Part shown: positions 26,031 to 41,205 of the stretch, piece by piece
Layout of the letters: each line of letters opens with the position of its first letter
Numbering within the stretch: position 1 is the stretch's first letter
Source of the DNA: Eledone cirrhosa
Taxonomy: Eukaryota
Assembly: GCA_964016885.1 (NCBI GenBank)
Contig: OZ024740.1
Coordinates: forward strand, 167,462,001-167,526,000
Direction of reading: 5' to 3'
DNA: 64,000 nucleotides
Made by a program: the position numbers and the translations under genes
Notes under the pieces: model-generated
Told to the model about the DNA's origin: nothing
The model's database searches: none
Seen by the model: only the letters and a program-made list of their open reading frames with translations

Positions 26031-28047
26031 CCATTATTTTTATTATTATTAAAGTGTGAGAGTCCGTTATATTCTCTATAATTAATTATATGATCAGGCC
26101 TATCATACGACGTATTGAGATTCATTTCTATCTATCATTTTGATTTAACCCCAAATTTTTTAAACCAGGCATCGCCACTACTTCCTATAGCTGCTATTGT
26201 CTGTCTATATCTAATCACATTACAACAATGTTATTTAGTATCATTGATATTTATTTGTTCTGAGGTATTTTCGGCTACAAACAGTGAAGTATTGTGTAGA
26301 TAGTCGTTGAGTTATTCTGTATCTACTTATTCCGTTGTCTATAAAGTAGTCATGTACTAGTGCACATTTATTTCCTTTTGGTGTCAAACCCTGTATGTCG
26401 TGCTGTGTAACTAAATCTCTTAGAGCGTGAATTCCTGATACCAATTCATACCCGATGGCGAGTAACAAATGTATTTAGAGATGGAATAAAGAGTAAGATA
26501 CCACCGTATCACAGTCGTCTTAATCGATAGCGACTCTGATATTCAATTGAAGAATAGAGGTCACGAATAGCCGTAAATTTAATTATTTTTGAACAAACAA
26601 TTTAGCTGTTATGCATAACATTGAAACCTCAAACAGGTATATTGGATAAAGAATGTTTAATTATCTTATAGGACTGATTTCACTGAGGACAAATTGAATA
26701 GTATATTTGGAATTAGAATGTTTAAAAACATTGGATTGTAAGAGTTGGATCGCCTTTCACAATAGATTTGCTGGAGACAATCCAGGTTAAAACAATACCA
26801 ATGATATCATTTATACTCCAGGTTGACAGAAACGAAGTCAATCTAAATAACTATAAGAGCTGTTAAAACTTTTGTCCAATAGCCTTTCCACCAACCATCG
26901 AAACAGATTAACGGCTATCCCTATTACCATCCCCAATATCTGAATTCAATGTGTCTCCATAAAGCGTGCATTTAATGCACAATGTTCACCAACTTCACAA
27001 TTAAGCACATCCACATCTATAAAAACAACAGTTTAATTATCTCATAAATCAACACCAAATCCAACAATCGAAGAAATCCAATGTAGTATGTTAAGTGTAA
27101 CAACAGAATCTATTTATGTATCACATTCTCCGTCTTATGTTAACCTTCTCACATTCTGTCTTACAATCACTTTCAATTTCTTCCTCTTACTATCCCTCAC
27201 TCACTTTCTTTAAAATTTCCTTAATATATTCAAAGTGGGCAACACATATTTAGAACTTAAAGCTTGAAACAACATACCCGTTATAATGACGGGTTGATCA
27301 TGCTTGAAATGTTAATTCGACACATTTACAAGGGAATGTCATGTCATAAATCTATCCAAGAAGAGTGGACAACGGCTGTTCAACAACATATACAGCAACA
27401 CCAAGAATCTAATCACCAGAAACAAGAAACGCATCTAATCACTATAAAAGTAATAAAAAATTACTCATATATAGAGCCAACAATCACTACGTATTTAAAA
27501 GGAAGTAATTCAAAACTTACAAGCTTCGGTAAAACTGGTAATAAAACTAACAATCTTCACCCACAAATACTAGCTATACAAAGGCCAGACGTGCCAAAAC
27601 AATAAGAATAAATAACATTACATCAAATAACTTGAACAAAAACGCCATGCTGGAACAACTTACAAGTAATACTAGCGCAAACAAAAATACTATCATCACT
27701 AGCATCGAAAATACCCCCAAGAAGGCATGTCATAAAATCAAAATTGTTTAAATAAACTGCATAGTGTGTTCCAAATTTTGCTTTTTTCTACAGAGAGATT
27801 TTGGCAATCAACAATGCCACTTTTGCCATGTGTAAGTGCTAACCTGCAGGCAACTGGCATTATATAAAAGTTCACAACAAGGGGTCGCCATGAAAATAAA
27901 TAAAGCTACATTTTTTTTGTATTTGCTTTTAAATCTTGAACAGCCTTTATCTACATTTCTTGTTTCCATTGCTTCATGTCGGATGTAATTCAAAATTTTG
28001 TGTTTGCATTGTTTCTAAAGGGTTTTCATAAAATATATCTTCTTATG

Positions 28048-28087
28048 TCTCTCCCTCTTCTCTTCACTCTCTCTCTCCTCTTCTCTC

Positions 28088-28148
<61 letters not shown>

Positions 28149-28200
28149 GCTTTCTCTCTCTCCCCCCTCTCTCTCTATCTCCCTATTTCTCTTTCTCAAT
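28048..28200. repeat. (TC)n microsatellite
   Basis: Direct inspection. Confidence 0.95.
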
Positions 28201-28528
28201 CCTTTCCTTTCAATCTTTCTCTTTATCATCTAAATAATAACAACACACGCGCATAGGAAACCAGATATAAAAAAAAGTACACATTAGATATGGCCAAAAT
28301 AACGAAAAATCAATAGGAAGGTGATGTTTTCCTACTGTTGCAAATTGAATTAATATCGAGTTTGAATACTTTATTAAGATTTCTGAAGGAAACTCAAGTA
28401 ATTGAGGTATATACATGTGTCTATGGGTGTATATGTATATGTATGAATGTATATATGTATATATGTAAGCAAGCTAGCACGTACATATGTAATTCATGTC
28501 TATGTATATGTGTTTATCTATGTATGTG

Positions 28529-28565
<37 letters not shown>

Positions 28566-28607
28566 GACTCTCTCTCTCTCTCTGCCTCTCTCTCTCTATA
28601 CATATAT

Positions 28608-28694
<87 letters not shown>

Positions 28695-29644
28695 CAGATA
28701 TATATATACATTTATATACATACATACACACAAACAATCACACACACGTATATATGTGTATGTGTGTGTGTTTGTGTGTGTGTTTGTGGATGCATGTATG
28801 TATCTAGATGGCTACTGACAGTTTCAAGTAGTGAAATTGTGACTCTTTTAATGTGTTCATGTGTTATTCTGTCGACAGAATGATTGCACTGTTTTGATAA
28901 GTTAGGCTTGTGGCTGGGAATGTTGTCTTACAATTAATCCTATGCGTGCGTTCCAAATGAATTTCTTGAGCAAAGTGTAAACAACGAAATCGAAATCACT
29001 GTATATCGATCTAAACCCTTATTATTATATTTAACTCCCAATTTTTGTTTTCTCTTATATGGTCGAGTGCTTTATACTGGTGAAATCATGCTGCTATATT
29101 AAGTATTAGCACCAACCAGATCCAGTCTGCCACTGCAGCTGTCATTTGCTGACCTCCTACCAGTTAATGCCACACGTGGGATATCAGCACCAACAAGGAT
29201 TCTTCGGAATTCTCTCAAATGACGACTGGCCGATAACAGTTATTTTGCCCGGAATTGTTGATTATGGATTTTTCATTAATCGATGACCTGCGGACACTCT
29301 ACGGAATTCAAAACAGTACTGGGCTAGCTTAGACAAGAACTTTTCAATCCGGCAAATTTTTGTGTGCTAAACAAGGAGGATGCAAGCTGTTTCAATTAAT
29401 GTAATTGTGAGTATTTTAACGTTTTCATATATTGATCTACCGATACAGTAATTACACTTTTTTCATAGCTTACGCTATTGGCTGGGAATGTTGTGTTAGA
29501 ATTATTCCTATGTCCGTGCTCCAAATGAATTGGTGAACAAATTGTAAGCAGCAAGATCGAAATCACTGGATATGATCTAAACTCTTTATATACACATATA
29601 TATATATATATATATATATTCGTATCCCGAGTCCAATCGGCGTC

Positions 29645-29763
29645 AACTACAGTAAGTAAGATACTCAATACATAGCAGAGTATAGATATTTAATATAGAA
29701 ATGACTTCTACAAGACTAGAACTATTTCATTCGAAGGAATGATGATTTCCTTCGAATGAAACA

Positions 29764-29765
<2 letters not shown>
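29645..29765 (-). mobile_element. Fold-back pLTR-like insertion of the 8404-HHR family
   Basis: Minus gaatGAAAtagttctagtcttgTAgaagtc plus tail; inverted piece gatgatttccttcgaatgaaacagt carries most of the core. Confidence 0.65.
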
Positions 29766-29827
<62 letters not shown>

Positions 29828-29832
29828 GAGGA

Positions 29833-30700
29833 AGTTTCTTGGTCAGTGTCCAAGTCCCAGACCCGTACAGCAGCACAGACTCCACTACAGCAATGAAGAG
29901 GCGGACTTTCAGGTCTTTACGAAGGTCCGACTTCCACACAGATCTCTACCAGATATTTTGTTTTAGTCTCATTCATTCTCAGCCCCACACTCATCGACAC
30001 AGTCTCAACCTCCTGCAACAAATACTCTGCCTCCTTCACTGAATTTGTCACCAAAACTATGTCGTCGGCAAATTTAGCATCCGATATCTCTTTCGACTAA
30101 ACTCTCCTGCTCTGAGCCGGTGCTACAGTAAAGCTAGAGTCCTGGTGTTTCTCCAGCGCAAGGCGCATACAATAGTCCACTACGATGAGAAAAAGGTAGG
30201 GAGCTAATGTATCTCTCTGAGGCACTCAAGCCAGTATCTCAAAGAACTCTGTCATCCCATCAGGTGTAATGACTTGGGATTTGTTGTTGAAGTAGAGCAG
30301 TGATATCATGTCCACTATCTTCTTGGGGATTCCATAAGCCTGATGGATGGGTGCTTCACGAGAATGCTAAGGATGGCTCTGAACATTAATCAGTATACTC
30401 TGAGGATGAAAAGCTCAGAGCTGTATGGGAGCCTCCCAAAAGTCAGCTCAAAAGTGACACAGAGGATACTGAGGTTAGCTGGACATGCTCACCGACATCC
30501 AGAGTTGACAATGCACTCAGTGCTCCTGTGGGAACCCCAATATGGACACACTGGAAGAGGGAGACCAAGGTTAACATATGTTGATGCCCTAAGGATAGAC
30601 ACTGGTCTGTTGGAGACGCAGGACATAGCAGCGATAACGAGGGACAGAGACCACTGGAGAGAACTCGTCCATGGATCTCGGGAATTTTAGCCGCCCTAGA
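29833..30700 (+). mobile_element. RTE-clade LINE 3' fragment with inverted 5' part
   Basis: 29833-30340 minus (FADD region, VESVLLYGSGTW) joined to 30341-30700 plus (DGCFTRMLR..LAGH..DRDHWR); same family as 47750-48745. Confidence 0.88.
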
Positions 30701-31242
30701 ATAGAATATATATATATATATGTGTGTGTGTGTATGTATGTATATATATACATGAGCACAAGAATACAAAACATATGGTAATAGTGCTACCATTCGTGCA
30801 TGCACACAGGGATGCACACAGATGCCCACACTGACACTCATATATATATATATTTATATATACAAACATACCTGAAAATGTTAAAACAAAATTCACAAGG
30901 ATTATCTCCCTTTCAAAAACTCTCTTGTGTCTGAGATGCATTCTGATCTGCACTTCACCATAACGGCTAACTAAACACATATGTGTTTTCCCTTCGAAAA
31001 AACAAAATCTGTCTGTTTATTTCTCTTCTTTTTCTCATCTATCATTCTATTTCTTCTGTTATCTTTCATTCTATCTTCCGAGGAAGGATTAACGTCTAGA
31101 ATATTAAAGCTCTTTTCCTACTATATCGAGCGTTTTTAAGCCAATATATATCTTCATTGCACTGTATCGTTCCCACGTCGCGTTTATTATTTTCGTTTAT
31201 TTTTCACACACACGCACGCACCCCCCCCCCCCACACACACAC

Positions 31243-31376
<134 letters not shown>

Positions 31377-31440
31377 TTGTGTATGTGTGTATATACGTGT
31401 GTGTGCGTTGAAGAAAGAAAAGATGAAGAAGAAGAAGAAG

Positions 31441-31529
<89 letters not shown>

Positions 31530-31550
31530 AAACAACAACAACAACAACAA
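31441..31550. repeat. (AAC)n microsatellite
   Basis: Direct inspection. Confidence 0.97.
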
Positions 31551-32206
31551 TAACATTATCAACAAAGATTATTTCTCTTCCAATGAAGAAAACACTTTCA
31601 AGGAGAGAGAAAAAAGTATGTTGTTTCTGCATTAAAAGCACAGACGACTCTTAATATGGTTCCTGCACATAATAATACACACGTGCACGCACACATGCAG
31701 GCACACACACGTGCTCATACACAAATTTATATATTTTATTGTTTAGTTTGTTGAAGAGGAACAGAGTAAACAGCTTTTGCAAATCACAGTTTAATTTAAA
31801 TTAGTGCGGGATTAGTGATATAAACACCAATCAGTAAGACGTTAAAATAGCTAATTGGCTATAGTCTACTGAAATAAATAGGTTTATTTGTTATCACTGG
31901 AGTTCATCAACGCTGATCGAGTTAGAAGTAGAACTATGATCAAAGGTACATTGACACACCTGATCCTAAATCTATTGTACCGATAGATGACTGAATATGC
32001 ATGTGTGTATTTATCTTGATTAATTTCCGTGCCTTCCTCTTCTCGATATTTCTATTTCATCTTTTATAGCGCATTCTGCATTCTAATAAAGGACTAGTGT
32101 TCGAAGCACCCTATTATTTGAATAGTTAAACTAATATATTTCTTCATTTTACTGTGTCATTTACTTTGTTATTTCTGTCTATATTTTACACACACACGCA
32201 TACGTG

Positions 32207-32337
<131 letters not shown>

Positions 32338-32639
32338 TTGTGTATGTGTGTATGTGTGCTCGCGCACGTGAATATGCAGGTCTACAGTGTCGAATATGTG
32401 AATATATATCCATTGTTTAAAACAGTGCAATGTGAATTGAGTGTAATCTGGCATTTACATTTAATAGGTCAAGTGTATATATAATAGGTCCATTTCATTT
32501 CAATGTTTAGAAGCGCCCTTATGTGGTACTGCAGTTCTTTAGTTCCAGGATAGCCCCAATCAAAAATATTCATGCAGTAACCATTCAGTAGCGCAATTAC
32601 ACCCTTAAATCTGTTACAAAATCTGTTTCAAAAATCTGT

Positions 32640-32955
32640 TTTATGTTGCTCTGAGAAAAAGGAAACAAACGGTATAACAAAAGAAGGCTCCAACAATGGT
32701 TTGAAAGATAACTTGAAGGATGTAGGAATTCATCGAAATAACGTAGAAAATCTTGCAGAGTATCGCTCTACCTGGCGTACAAAATATAGGATTGTGCAAA
32801 ACAGGCTAATTAGGGTAAATATTAAGAGGAATATACGTCGACGACAAGAAGTAAGGGAATATGAACTCAATGGAACTTATTTTCAACTCGTACATTTTGT
32901 AGCCAAATCTGTTCTTAGAGGCTGGAGTTCGATCGCATATAAAACCATACAGTAG
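32640..32955 (+). mobile_element. Decayed RTE/BovB-type 3' fragment
   Basis: KDNLKDVGI..ENLAEYRSTWR resembles the RTE C-terminal K..LK..I..WE.LA.DR..WR. Confidence 0.5.
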
Positions 32956-33089
32956 AGCAATTCCTGTTGTTTAGCCTCTAGTAATGTCATATATGCTGCA
33001 AGATCTGCACATATAAAGGAGGTTTAAAGAGATATTTCAACGTTTATCAATATCTGATACCACAGAAAAGTTAGGCTCCATCAGACCAA

Positions 33090-33720
33090 ATGTGCAATTC
33101 ATGGGGACAATTTTTTAAAAGTATGTCTTGTTAGAATATGCTCGATCACAGTCAAACAAGCGTGTATAAGCATGCATTTTTGAGAAAATTCAATAAGAAT
33201 GCTTCCACTCGGAAGAAGATATGGACAAAAGTTCAAAGAGGATGGATGTCTGTGCAGGGAAAAGGAATCTGGACGACCATCAGTATCGGAAGATATCGTC
33301 AAACCTTTTCGGGAAACATTTGTGCGAAGCCCCAGAAAGTTCGTAAGAAGAGCATTTATTGAAGCCCAGATTGTTCGAACGAAACTTTGACGTGTCGTAG
33401 GGAAACGCTTGCGATTGACACCCTATAATATACAGGAAAAAGTAGCAACCAATTATCTTTCGCTACGCAAGAGAAACTTTAAGATGAGTAGTTCGAAAAG
33501 TGTCTTGTTTTCAGTGATGAGGCCACATTTCATACGAATAGCAAAGCCAGCAAGCATAATCGGGGAAATAAAATTCCCATACCACAGTTGAGCACATGAG
33601 GGACTTGCCGAAAGTGAATGTCTTCTGAATTTTTCGTCCGAACTTTGATAAATAAATTTTGTATTGTTCAAGAGGAAGCCTATTAAATATCGTTCGCGTA
33701 CGAGATGTAGTTATGCAGAT
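33090..33720 (+). mobile_element. Tc1/mariner-superfamily transposase remnant (DUF4817-like N-terminus)
   Basis: VLEYARSQS..AFLRKFNK..GCLC..SGRPSVSEDIV..FVRSPRKFVRRA, later FSDE.TFH-like sequence. Confidence 0.75.
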
Positions 33721-36700
33721 ATTCACATCTCAAATGATGTCAATTGTTTGGGGGATAATCTGTATGTTACTTGTTCTCCTTCTGCAAAAAGACAATTATC
33801 ATTATACAAATCTCCATTCTACTATGTGATAGTATAAAAGGATCGAATTTGTAAATCTTCCACAATGTAAAATCCAACATAAACACACTCACTGGAATTA
33901 AACAAATAGCGTCAATAAATATCTAGCCCGCAGCATTCTATGAATAACCACTTTTTCGCCTTTACTTTAAACAAAAATTCAGGCTGTTTAATTAAAGTTT
34001 CATGAACTTTAAAAGGCAGCAGAAAGTGTTATTCTAATTGTAGCCCCAAGCACTTTGATCTCTGTATTCAATTAGAATCGCTTGAATATGGAAGTATCGC
34101 CAGATCATTCATAAATTCCTCTGAAACAAAACAGTGATCTCGGCTAGCTAATTCTCAACCTCCAGTTGAGAAAGCACATTTCTTGTTGCTGTGCGAACTA
34201 TTTTCAATTTTGTTTTTCTTTAGACATCTCTCCATTACCCACACATATATAATTTTTTCTGGTATTAATTATTGGATTTCTCATCTATACTGGAAAAGTT
34301 TATCTTTCATGTAAACCCAGAGGGTTTTAATTGGAATTTAGCTATCAAATCAATTAGATATACATAAATATAGGTATTACGTATATATCTCTTATGTATA
34401 TATACATTCATGTGTATACGAGTGTATATGTGTACCATGTATGTGTTAGTGTATGAATGTGTGTAAGTAGGTATGTATTCATCAGCACACGTAGGTATCT
34501 GTCAGCCTGCCTGCCTTTTACAGCGTATACGAATCTCAGATTGACTTATATAACTTTACGTATTTATGTTTTTAAGACAATGCATGTGTATATCTACATA
34601 CAGAAGGCTAATATGCTGGAAGGTTTTACATATTTTTGCAGCTTCATTTATGGCAATTCATAGTAATTTCCGATTTACCCTTGTCATGATTATTTATTAC
34701 GAATGAAATATTTCTAGTCCTGTAGAAGCCATTTCCATAGTGAATTTCTTTTTTCACCAACCAATCTACGTAAGTTTTGAGTACCTTATATACTGCGGTT
34801 ATTCCCGTATTCCCGATTTCACTCTGGAACTACCTGCACACACACACACACATACAAAAACACACACGCACACACACACACACTTATATATATCATATTA
34901 TATTGTGTAGTAATAACTTCTTCAGGATTAGAACTGATTCATATGAATGAAACACGCCTACATATTGAGTACCTTTTTTAATTGTGGTTACCCTCCCCGG
35001 GTGTAACTCGGGAATCTACATCGTGTATATATATGTGTGTAAGTATGCGAGTATGTTTGTGTGTGTGTGTAGGTGTATTTGAGTGTGCGTGTGTGTGGGC
35101 GCATGTGTGCGTGTGAGTGTGTGTGGGGTGGGGGTGTATGTGGGTGGGTGTGTATGCGAGTAAAATATAGTTAGTGTTTCACATCACATGGACATTTTTA
35201 TCTTGCTGTTGCGGAATCGAATGCACGTGGAATAAAATGGATAGTAACAAGTGAATGAATACTCAAGATAGAAATAATCTCTACATCTTTAAGTGAATAC
35301 TTGTTCATACGTTTATAACAAAGTTTGTTAATGTTCAGATCGTTAATATTAAATTATATGAACCTTAATACGGGCCTTGCTATTGGTTTATTGATTACGA
35401 AGATAATATAATCCAAATTAAATAATAATTAAAATACTATTAGGGACAACTTTCATTGGCTTGTTCGTATGTTATTGCTATTGTAAAGGGCTGAAATTGG
35501 TACGATGGGTATTTGCTGGCTGGGTGGACCATAGATTACGGTAGATGCGGGTTCATAATACAGAATAGTGTAGAGAAATACGTTTTAACTTTTTTTCTTG
35601 AACATCTTTACTGTATATCTACTCGTTACGTTATATATACCATTTAGATGTATATATATACTTTACTTCACCAATTCCTTCTCTGACAGCGAGCGTTCCC
35701 TGTAATATTCGTCTTTACATCACATCACAATAAGGGACAATATGAAACTTACATTATTTCACTTGTTATTTTAAACCGGTGTTTGATGAGACGGACCTTC
35801 ACCAGTAAACCAAATCCATTGGCTATACGTATTCACTTACGAAACCATAATCTACCACGGATGGGCGTTTTGTAAATATAGTGGATAGGATATTATTTTC
35901 GGTACTCTGCCGTTTCCGAAAGCACACTACGCTTATCATAAAATGTATTACACTAATTGACTCTCTTCAGTAATGACTATATATGTAGAATACCAATTTG
36001 TATCTTTGCAATATATTTCCATACACTATATTTCACACCTTGATTTATTGTCAAAATTCTCATAAAATATCAATTAATATTTATGTTCTAATAACTTAAT
36101 TTTCTATGTTATATGAATACATTTAATTTTACTATATATTATATAAATGTATCCAATTTCTAAACATGGTAATGATTCTGTTCCACATAATTTATATCAA
36201 TGTTGTTTCTTATATTGTATTGTCTATGCTAAAAGAGTAAAATATGTCTTAGTGAAAAAATGCCCGATAACCAGCCAGGAATTTGACAGCTTCCATCCGG
36301 TCGGTGGCACTGTGATGAGTCTACAATCAATAAACGTAACAGCTATAGCATTTTAACTCAGTGGTGTTAAAATATTTAGTGCAAGGAACATATGAAGCTA
36401 ACTAGAAATAACTATGCTGTGGTGGAAAATCTTAGTCAATATCTACTATAATTTTCATTTGCCAATATGCCAAATTCTATGTAAGTTTCGGTCTTATTAT
36501 GATTTCATCAGCAAACACTAGCCTCTTAATGAACTAATAATGAGAAAATTATAAAGAGAATGCACTAGATTTTATATTTGGATGATTTAGTAAAATTAAT
36601 TAGAAAAAAAATCAGTAGCATAATTACATGAAAAATAAGTTATATTAGTATTGCCACATTTAATATTGAGAATAGCAAACATTTAACTAGAAATACGTTG

Positions 36701-37087
36701 AGAGAAAAGGAAATATTAATCAAATCAATGTCCATTGGTACTTTCCTTTTTCGCGGGTAGGGGAATATTTCTGCGCATATTTACAACTTGTTCTCACTAT
36801 AGCCTTTCTTATGTTCACATAGATTTAAGAAGATGCCACAGGTAATTAAATTATAACTCTGGAAAAAATGATGAAAGCTCTCCAGCAATGATGAGAAATT
36901 GAACTCGGCGTTCATTACTAGTTTCAATCCCTACCGTGAGAACAGCTGCATAAGAAAGAAAATGCACTCATTCGCCAGCCAATAGTAAGAAACGGGTAAA
37001 TCGAAATGAGAGATTCTCAAAGGAATTGTGATAACCCTGATAAGAATTTAGATTTATATAGTATAATAATTTGTTAGTTGATCATAT

Positions 37088-37272
37088 AATTGTTTCTACT
37101 TTAGACACAAGGCCAGCAATTAACCAGTGCATTACTGGTACTCTATTTTATCGACCCCGTAAGGATGTAAGGCAAAGTCAACCTCGGCGGGATTTGAGCT
37201 CAGATCGTAAAGGGACGTAACTATGCTGGAAAGCATGGCGTCCGACCCTCTACCGATACTGCCAATCCACAT
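37088..37272 (-). mobile_element. Nin-domain tRNA-SINE
   Basis: Homologous to 9693-9871. Confidence 0.8.
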
Positions 37273-38214
37273 TATTTTTGTACCACAGATATTAGACACA
37301 GATTCAGAGAATCATGTGTAAAAGTTGGCAAATTACCCTTCATTCTTCTGCCTTCAAAGAGTTCTGAGATATCTGATGATTGTGAATATTATATTATCGA
37401 TAATATCATCATATTACATTTACTTGAGAAATTAAAAATATCTTGCCACGGCAGTGATACGAAACTACTACAAATTGCTACAGTTGTTCTCTTTCTATTG
37501 TGCACAGTTAATTAACATCAACTATTACCTGCGTATTCCACGTTGTCAATTATTTACGAACAGAAATACAAAGCATTGCGATTTTCTTCTTAGAGTTCCC
37601 CATAAATATAATTAAATGACGCACACTAACACGTGTGTATATTTAGCACATTCAAGTAAATTGATTCATCAGAAAGATGCCGGTGATCTATGATGTCAGT
37701 ATCTGATGCTGAAGAACATCCCTAAAGGGTAAATACTGCTGTTCTATTAAGATCAATGAGTCTTCATTAGACCACCTATGGATTAAAATCGATATTCTGC
37801 TTTCCAAATCCAAAACTAATACGTTTCTCTGCCCCCAAGAACTGTACATCAAAAGTCAATTGTGAATTTGACAAGTGGTTTAGGAACAGAACGGTAACAA
37901 AATCATTAACAGTATCGACGTTCGTGAAGCATTTTCAACGATATAAGCCTGTATGAGCATTTTAAATATAAAGGTAGCATCCGTGCAGTACATAAGGACT
38001 GCTGCAATAAAATAGTGTTCTCGAAATGCATAATATCCAACAGGTTCCAATGAAATAACGGCATTTTCTTGTCAGCATCTGTGGAAAGATTATTTTGAAT
38101 CTGTGTGCAAATTAATACATAATTTGCAAAGCTACTTCCTTGTGAAAGATATATACTTACCACAAAAATGTATAGCATTCGTACAGAGAGATATTTGGAC
38201 ATGGATATATATAT

Positions 38215-38250
<36 letters not shown>

Positions 38251-38446
38251 GGATTAAAATAGCCATGGATTAAAATCGATATATTTATATATAGATACTT
38301 ATGTATATATATGTGTGGGCACGCGCGCGCGCGCGCGCGTGTGTGTCTGTGTGTGTGTGTGTGTGTGTGTATGTGTGTGTACATAAACTTGAGAAAATTA
38401 ACAAAGAGAGGACAAGACAACGAAAGGAAACAGGCAAAATATAATA

Positions 38447-38732
38447 TAATTGTCTCTACTTTTGGCACAAGGTCAGCAATTATCCCCGTACATTACTAGT
38501 ACTTTATTTTATCGACCCCGCAAGGATGAAAGGCAAAGTTAACCTCGGCGGGATTTGAACTCAGATCATAAAGGGCCGTAAGTCGTTGCTGCAAAGCATG
38601 GCGTTCGACCCTCTACCGATACTACCAATCCAATGAAACATAATTGTTTCTACTTTTGGCACAAGGCCAGCAATTACCCAGAGCATTAATGTACTTTATT
38701 TTATCGACCCTGTAAGGATGAAAGGCAAAGTT
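38447..38732 (-). mobile_element. Two adjacent Nin-domain SINE copies (one full, one partial)
   Basis: 38447-38632 and 38641-38732 share aattgtttctacttttggcacaagg..tcgacccc..aggatgaaaggc. Confidence 0.8.
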
Positions 38733-38899
38733 ATATAATGGCTTGTCATTCTTGCAGTATTTTACCTAGCCATTAGAAGATGACAGAATCAGGAAATCGC
38801 ACAAGGTTCAAACTCTCTCCATAAATTAAACTCCAGCAACCAGTTCCGTTGATTCCGACGTGGAATCATATGATGACGCTAACTTAAACCCCCAGGGCT

Positions 38900-41205
38900 G
38901 AACACAGAACGAGGCTACGCAAACAATCAAGTTATGTACTTTTCTCACATATTATGTGTCGTACATTCAATACATTGTCAACCCGCAAAGAATTATAAAA
39001 CTCATGGATGGTCATAACATTTATTTCAATAAATCAAATATGTACACAAAGAAAATGATTCTGATATAATAGCACAAGATCTTTACTCCTACTCACTGTT
39101 CACAACCTCAGCTTGGAAAACATCGAATAATTCAAAGGTCGGTGGTGTTAGGTTTGTTATGTAAACTTATATACTCAACTTATTGATATCGGTTCAAATG
39201 ATACATGACCGCATAGTGACTGCAAACTTTAACGACAACCGTAAAAACACTATATTATCTACCAAGTTAAAATAATGGAATTTTATGAGTTTATCTCAAA
39301 CATTCCTCAGCTTATTTTCCTGCTAGTTTCTGGAGATTTTTCAATGCTCATATTGTCAATCACCAATTCTTGCAGCAGGCCAGTACGAGAAATGGGACAT
39401 ACCTTCAAAGTTTCCTTAATGCACATAATCTTTGAATAACAGTTTTCAAAAACGTTCAAATTGTCTATGTATTTGGGGATCGCCTAATCTCGGTCTTTAT
39501 CAAATTAATTACATTTTCTGCAGAAACAAATCGCACAACAGCATCCATGATTGCCAAGTCCATTACTCCTCAGACCCGATTGGATCAGATCCCCGAATAG
39601 TTGTTAGTAAATGCACCAGGGATCATACCATCAAAATATCTCAAATGGAATACTCAACTAAACTACTTTGACAATTCCAATTCTACTGACTGCTAAAAGA
39701 AGGTATAGAAATTGATAAAAAAAATTATCAAGGGTGAGAACGTCTCAATGCTTGAAAAAATCATTTCGAAGCACTGTCGAATAATAACAGTACCATAAGC
39801 GACGAATTGACAATCGAACGCTTGTACAATGTCAACACCAATACTTCTGCTGAAGATTTCTCCCTCGGTGAACTTGAAAGCACTATCAATCAGATGAAAA
39901 ACAATCAAGTGCCACGCCTAGATGGCCTTCCGTTAGAATTCTGGAAACTTAAAATCTCCAAAGTGTTTGGCTGCACTTCTGTAATGGGACCTTTAGCGGA
40001 AGCCGACCAGAAGAATGGGGTATTTCCTTGATAGTATTTATTGCCAAGAAAGGTGATTAGTAAACCAAACAATTATCGTGGAATAAGTCTGACACAGGTG
40101 ACTGCCAAAATTTATAATAATTTTTTCTTGGCTTTAGCCAGACATCCAAAAATTGCTAACCCAAACCAACATAGATTCATATCATCTAGATCTATAGCAT
40201 CACACATTATGGCCCGCAGACGTCCAATAAAAGAAGTAAAAAATCTTCAAAAAGAAGTCGTATTGATTTTTGTAGACTTTCGAAAAGTTTCAGATAACAT
40301 TAACCGTGAACGTTTGTTTAAAGTTCTACTTGCCTACGGTATTCCTCTCAAAATCGTAAATGGTATCTGGATCATGTACGAACCCAATCTCGTTAAGTTA
40401 CTGATGGAAGGAGAAACTGACATCTTTGAGGTAGTCACAGGTGTAAATTAGAGGGATCCTCTTACACCGTATTCATTTATCATTATATATGACTATGCAC
40501 TACATGTTCTTATTGATGAAATAAATGGCGTAGAAGCACGAGACATCCGTCACAATACGTAGCAGATATGGAATTCGCTGATGACATTGTCTTATGGGCA
40601 GATTCACTGTGTAAGGCAGATCATCGTTTACACAAGCTAGACGATTCTACTCAAGCTATGGAACTCTTCCTAAATGTCAACAAAACAAAATAGATGCCAT
40701 ACACCAAGTTGTGAAATGATAACAACAACAGGATAGCAGTAGTATGGTCTGCTAAAACCTCGTTAGATAAGGCGTGGAAATCTAACCTTACTACAAAATC
40801 AAAAGTTAGATTATTCAATGCTACAATGGAACGAATCTTACTGCATTTCTTTGAATCATCGTCGGTAATAATGCCTATCACCAAAACTTTAGATGTTTGC
40901 TACACACGAATGCTAAGAAGAATTTTTAAAAACATCAAACTATTTGAGCGTATTACAAACACGATTATCTACGGAAACCTCCTAACCATTAGACATGCCA
41001 TCCCCGTCAGGCGTCTTCAAATTGCAGGTTCTGACAGAAGAGGCAACGAACATACTACAAAACATTTTCTATGGGAGTTCACTAATGTGAAACGCAAACA
41101 CTGGAGAACTCTCAAGACATCAAAGAAAATCATTCAGAAAGATACAGAATTATCCGGTGAAGTACTGAAACAGTTAATGCTTGATCATGGGAGGTGGAAA
41201 TAGTT
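38900..41205 (+). mobile_element. Decayed RTE-like LINE (APE + RT)
   Basis: LVSGDF, PRLDGLP.EFWK, NYRGISL, FVDFRKVSDNINR, EFADDIVL, LDVCYTRMLRRI. Confidence 0.8.

Noticed and set aside
36478-36515. Minus-strand ctgatga-aatc..gacc-gaaa HHR-like string
   Set aside because: Stem II mismatched and no stem I/III; at best a decayed relic
40575-40595. CTGATGA motif
   Set aside because: Coding sequence of the RT FADD motif; no HHR helices
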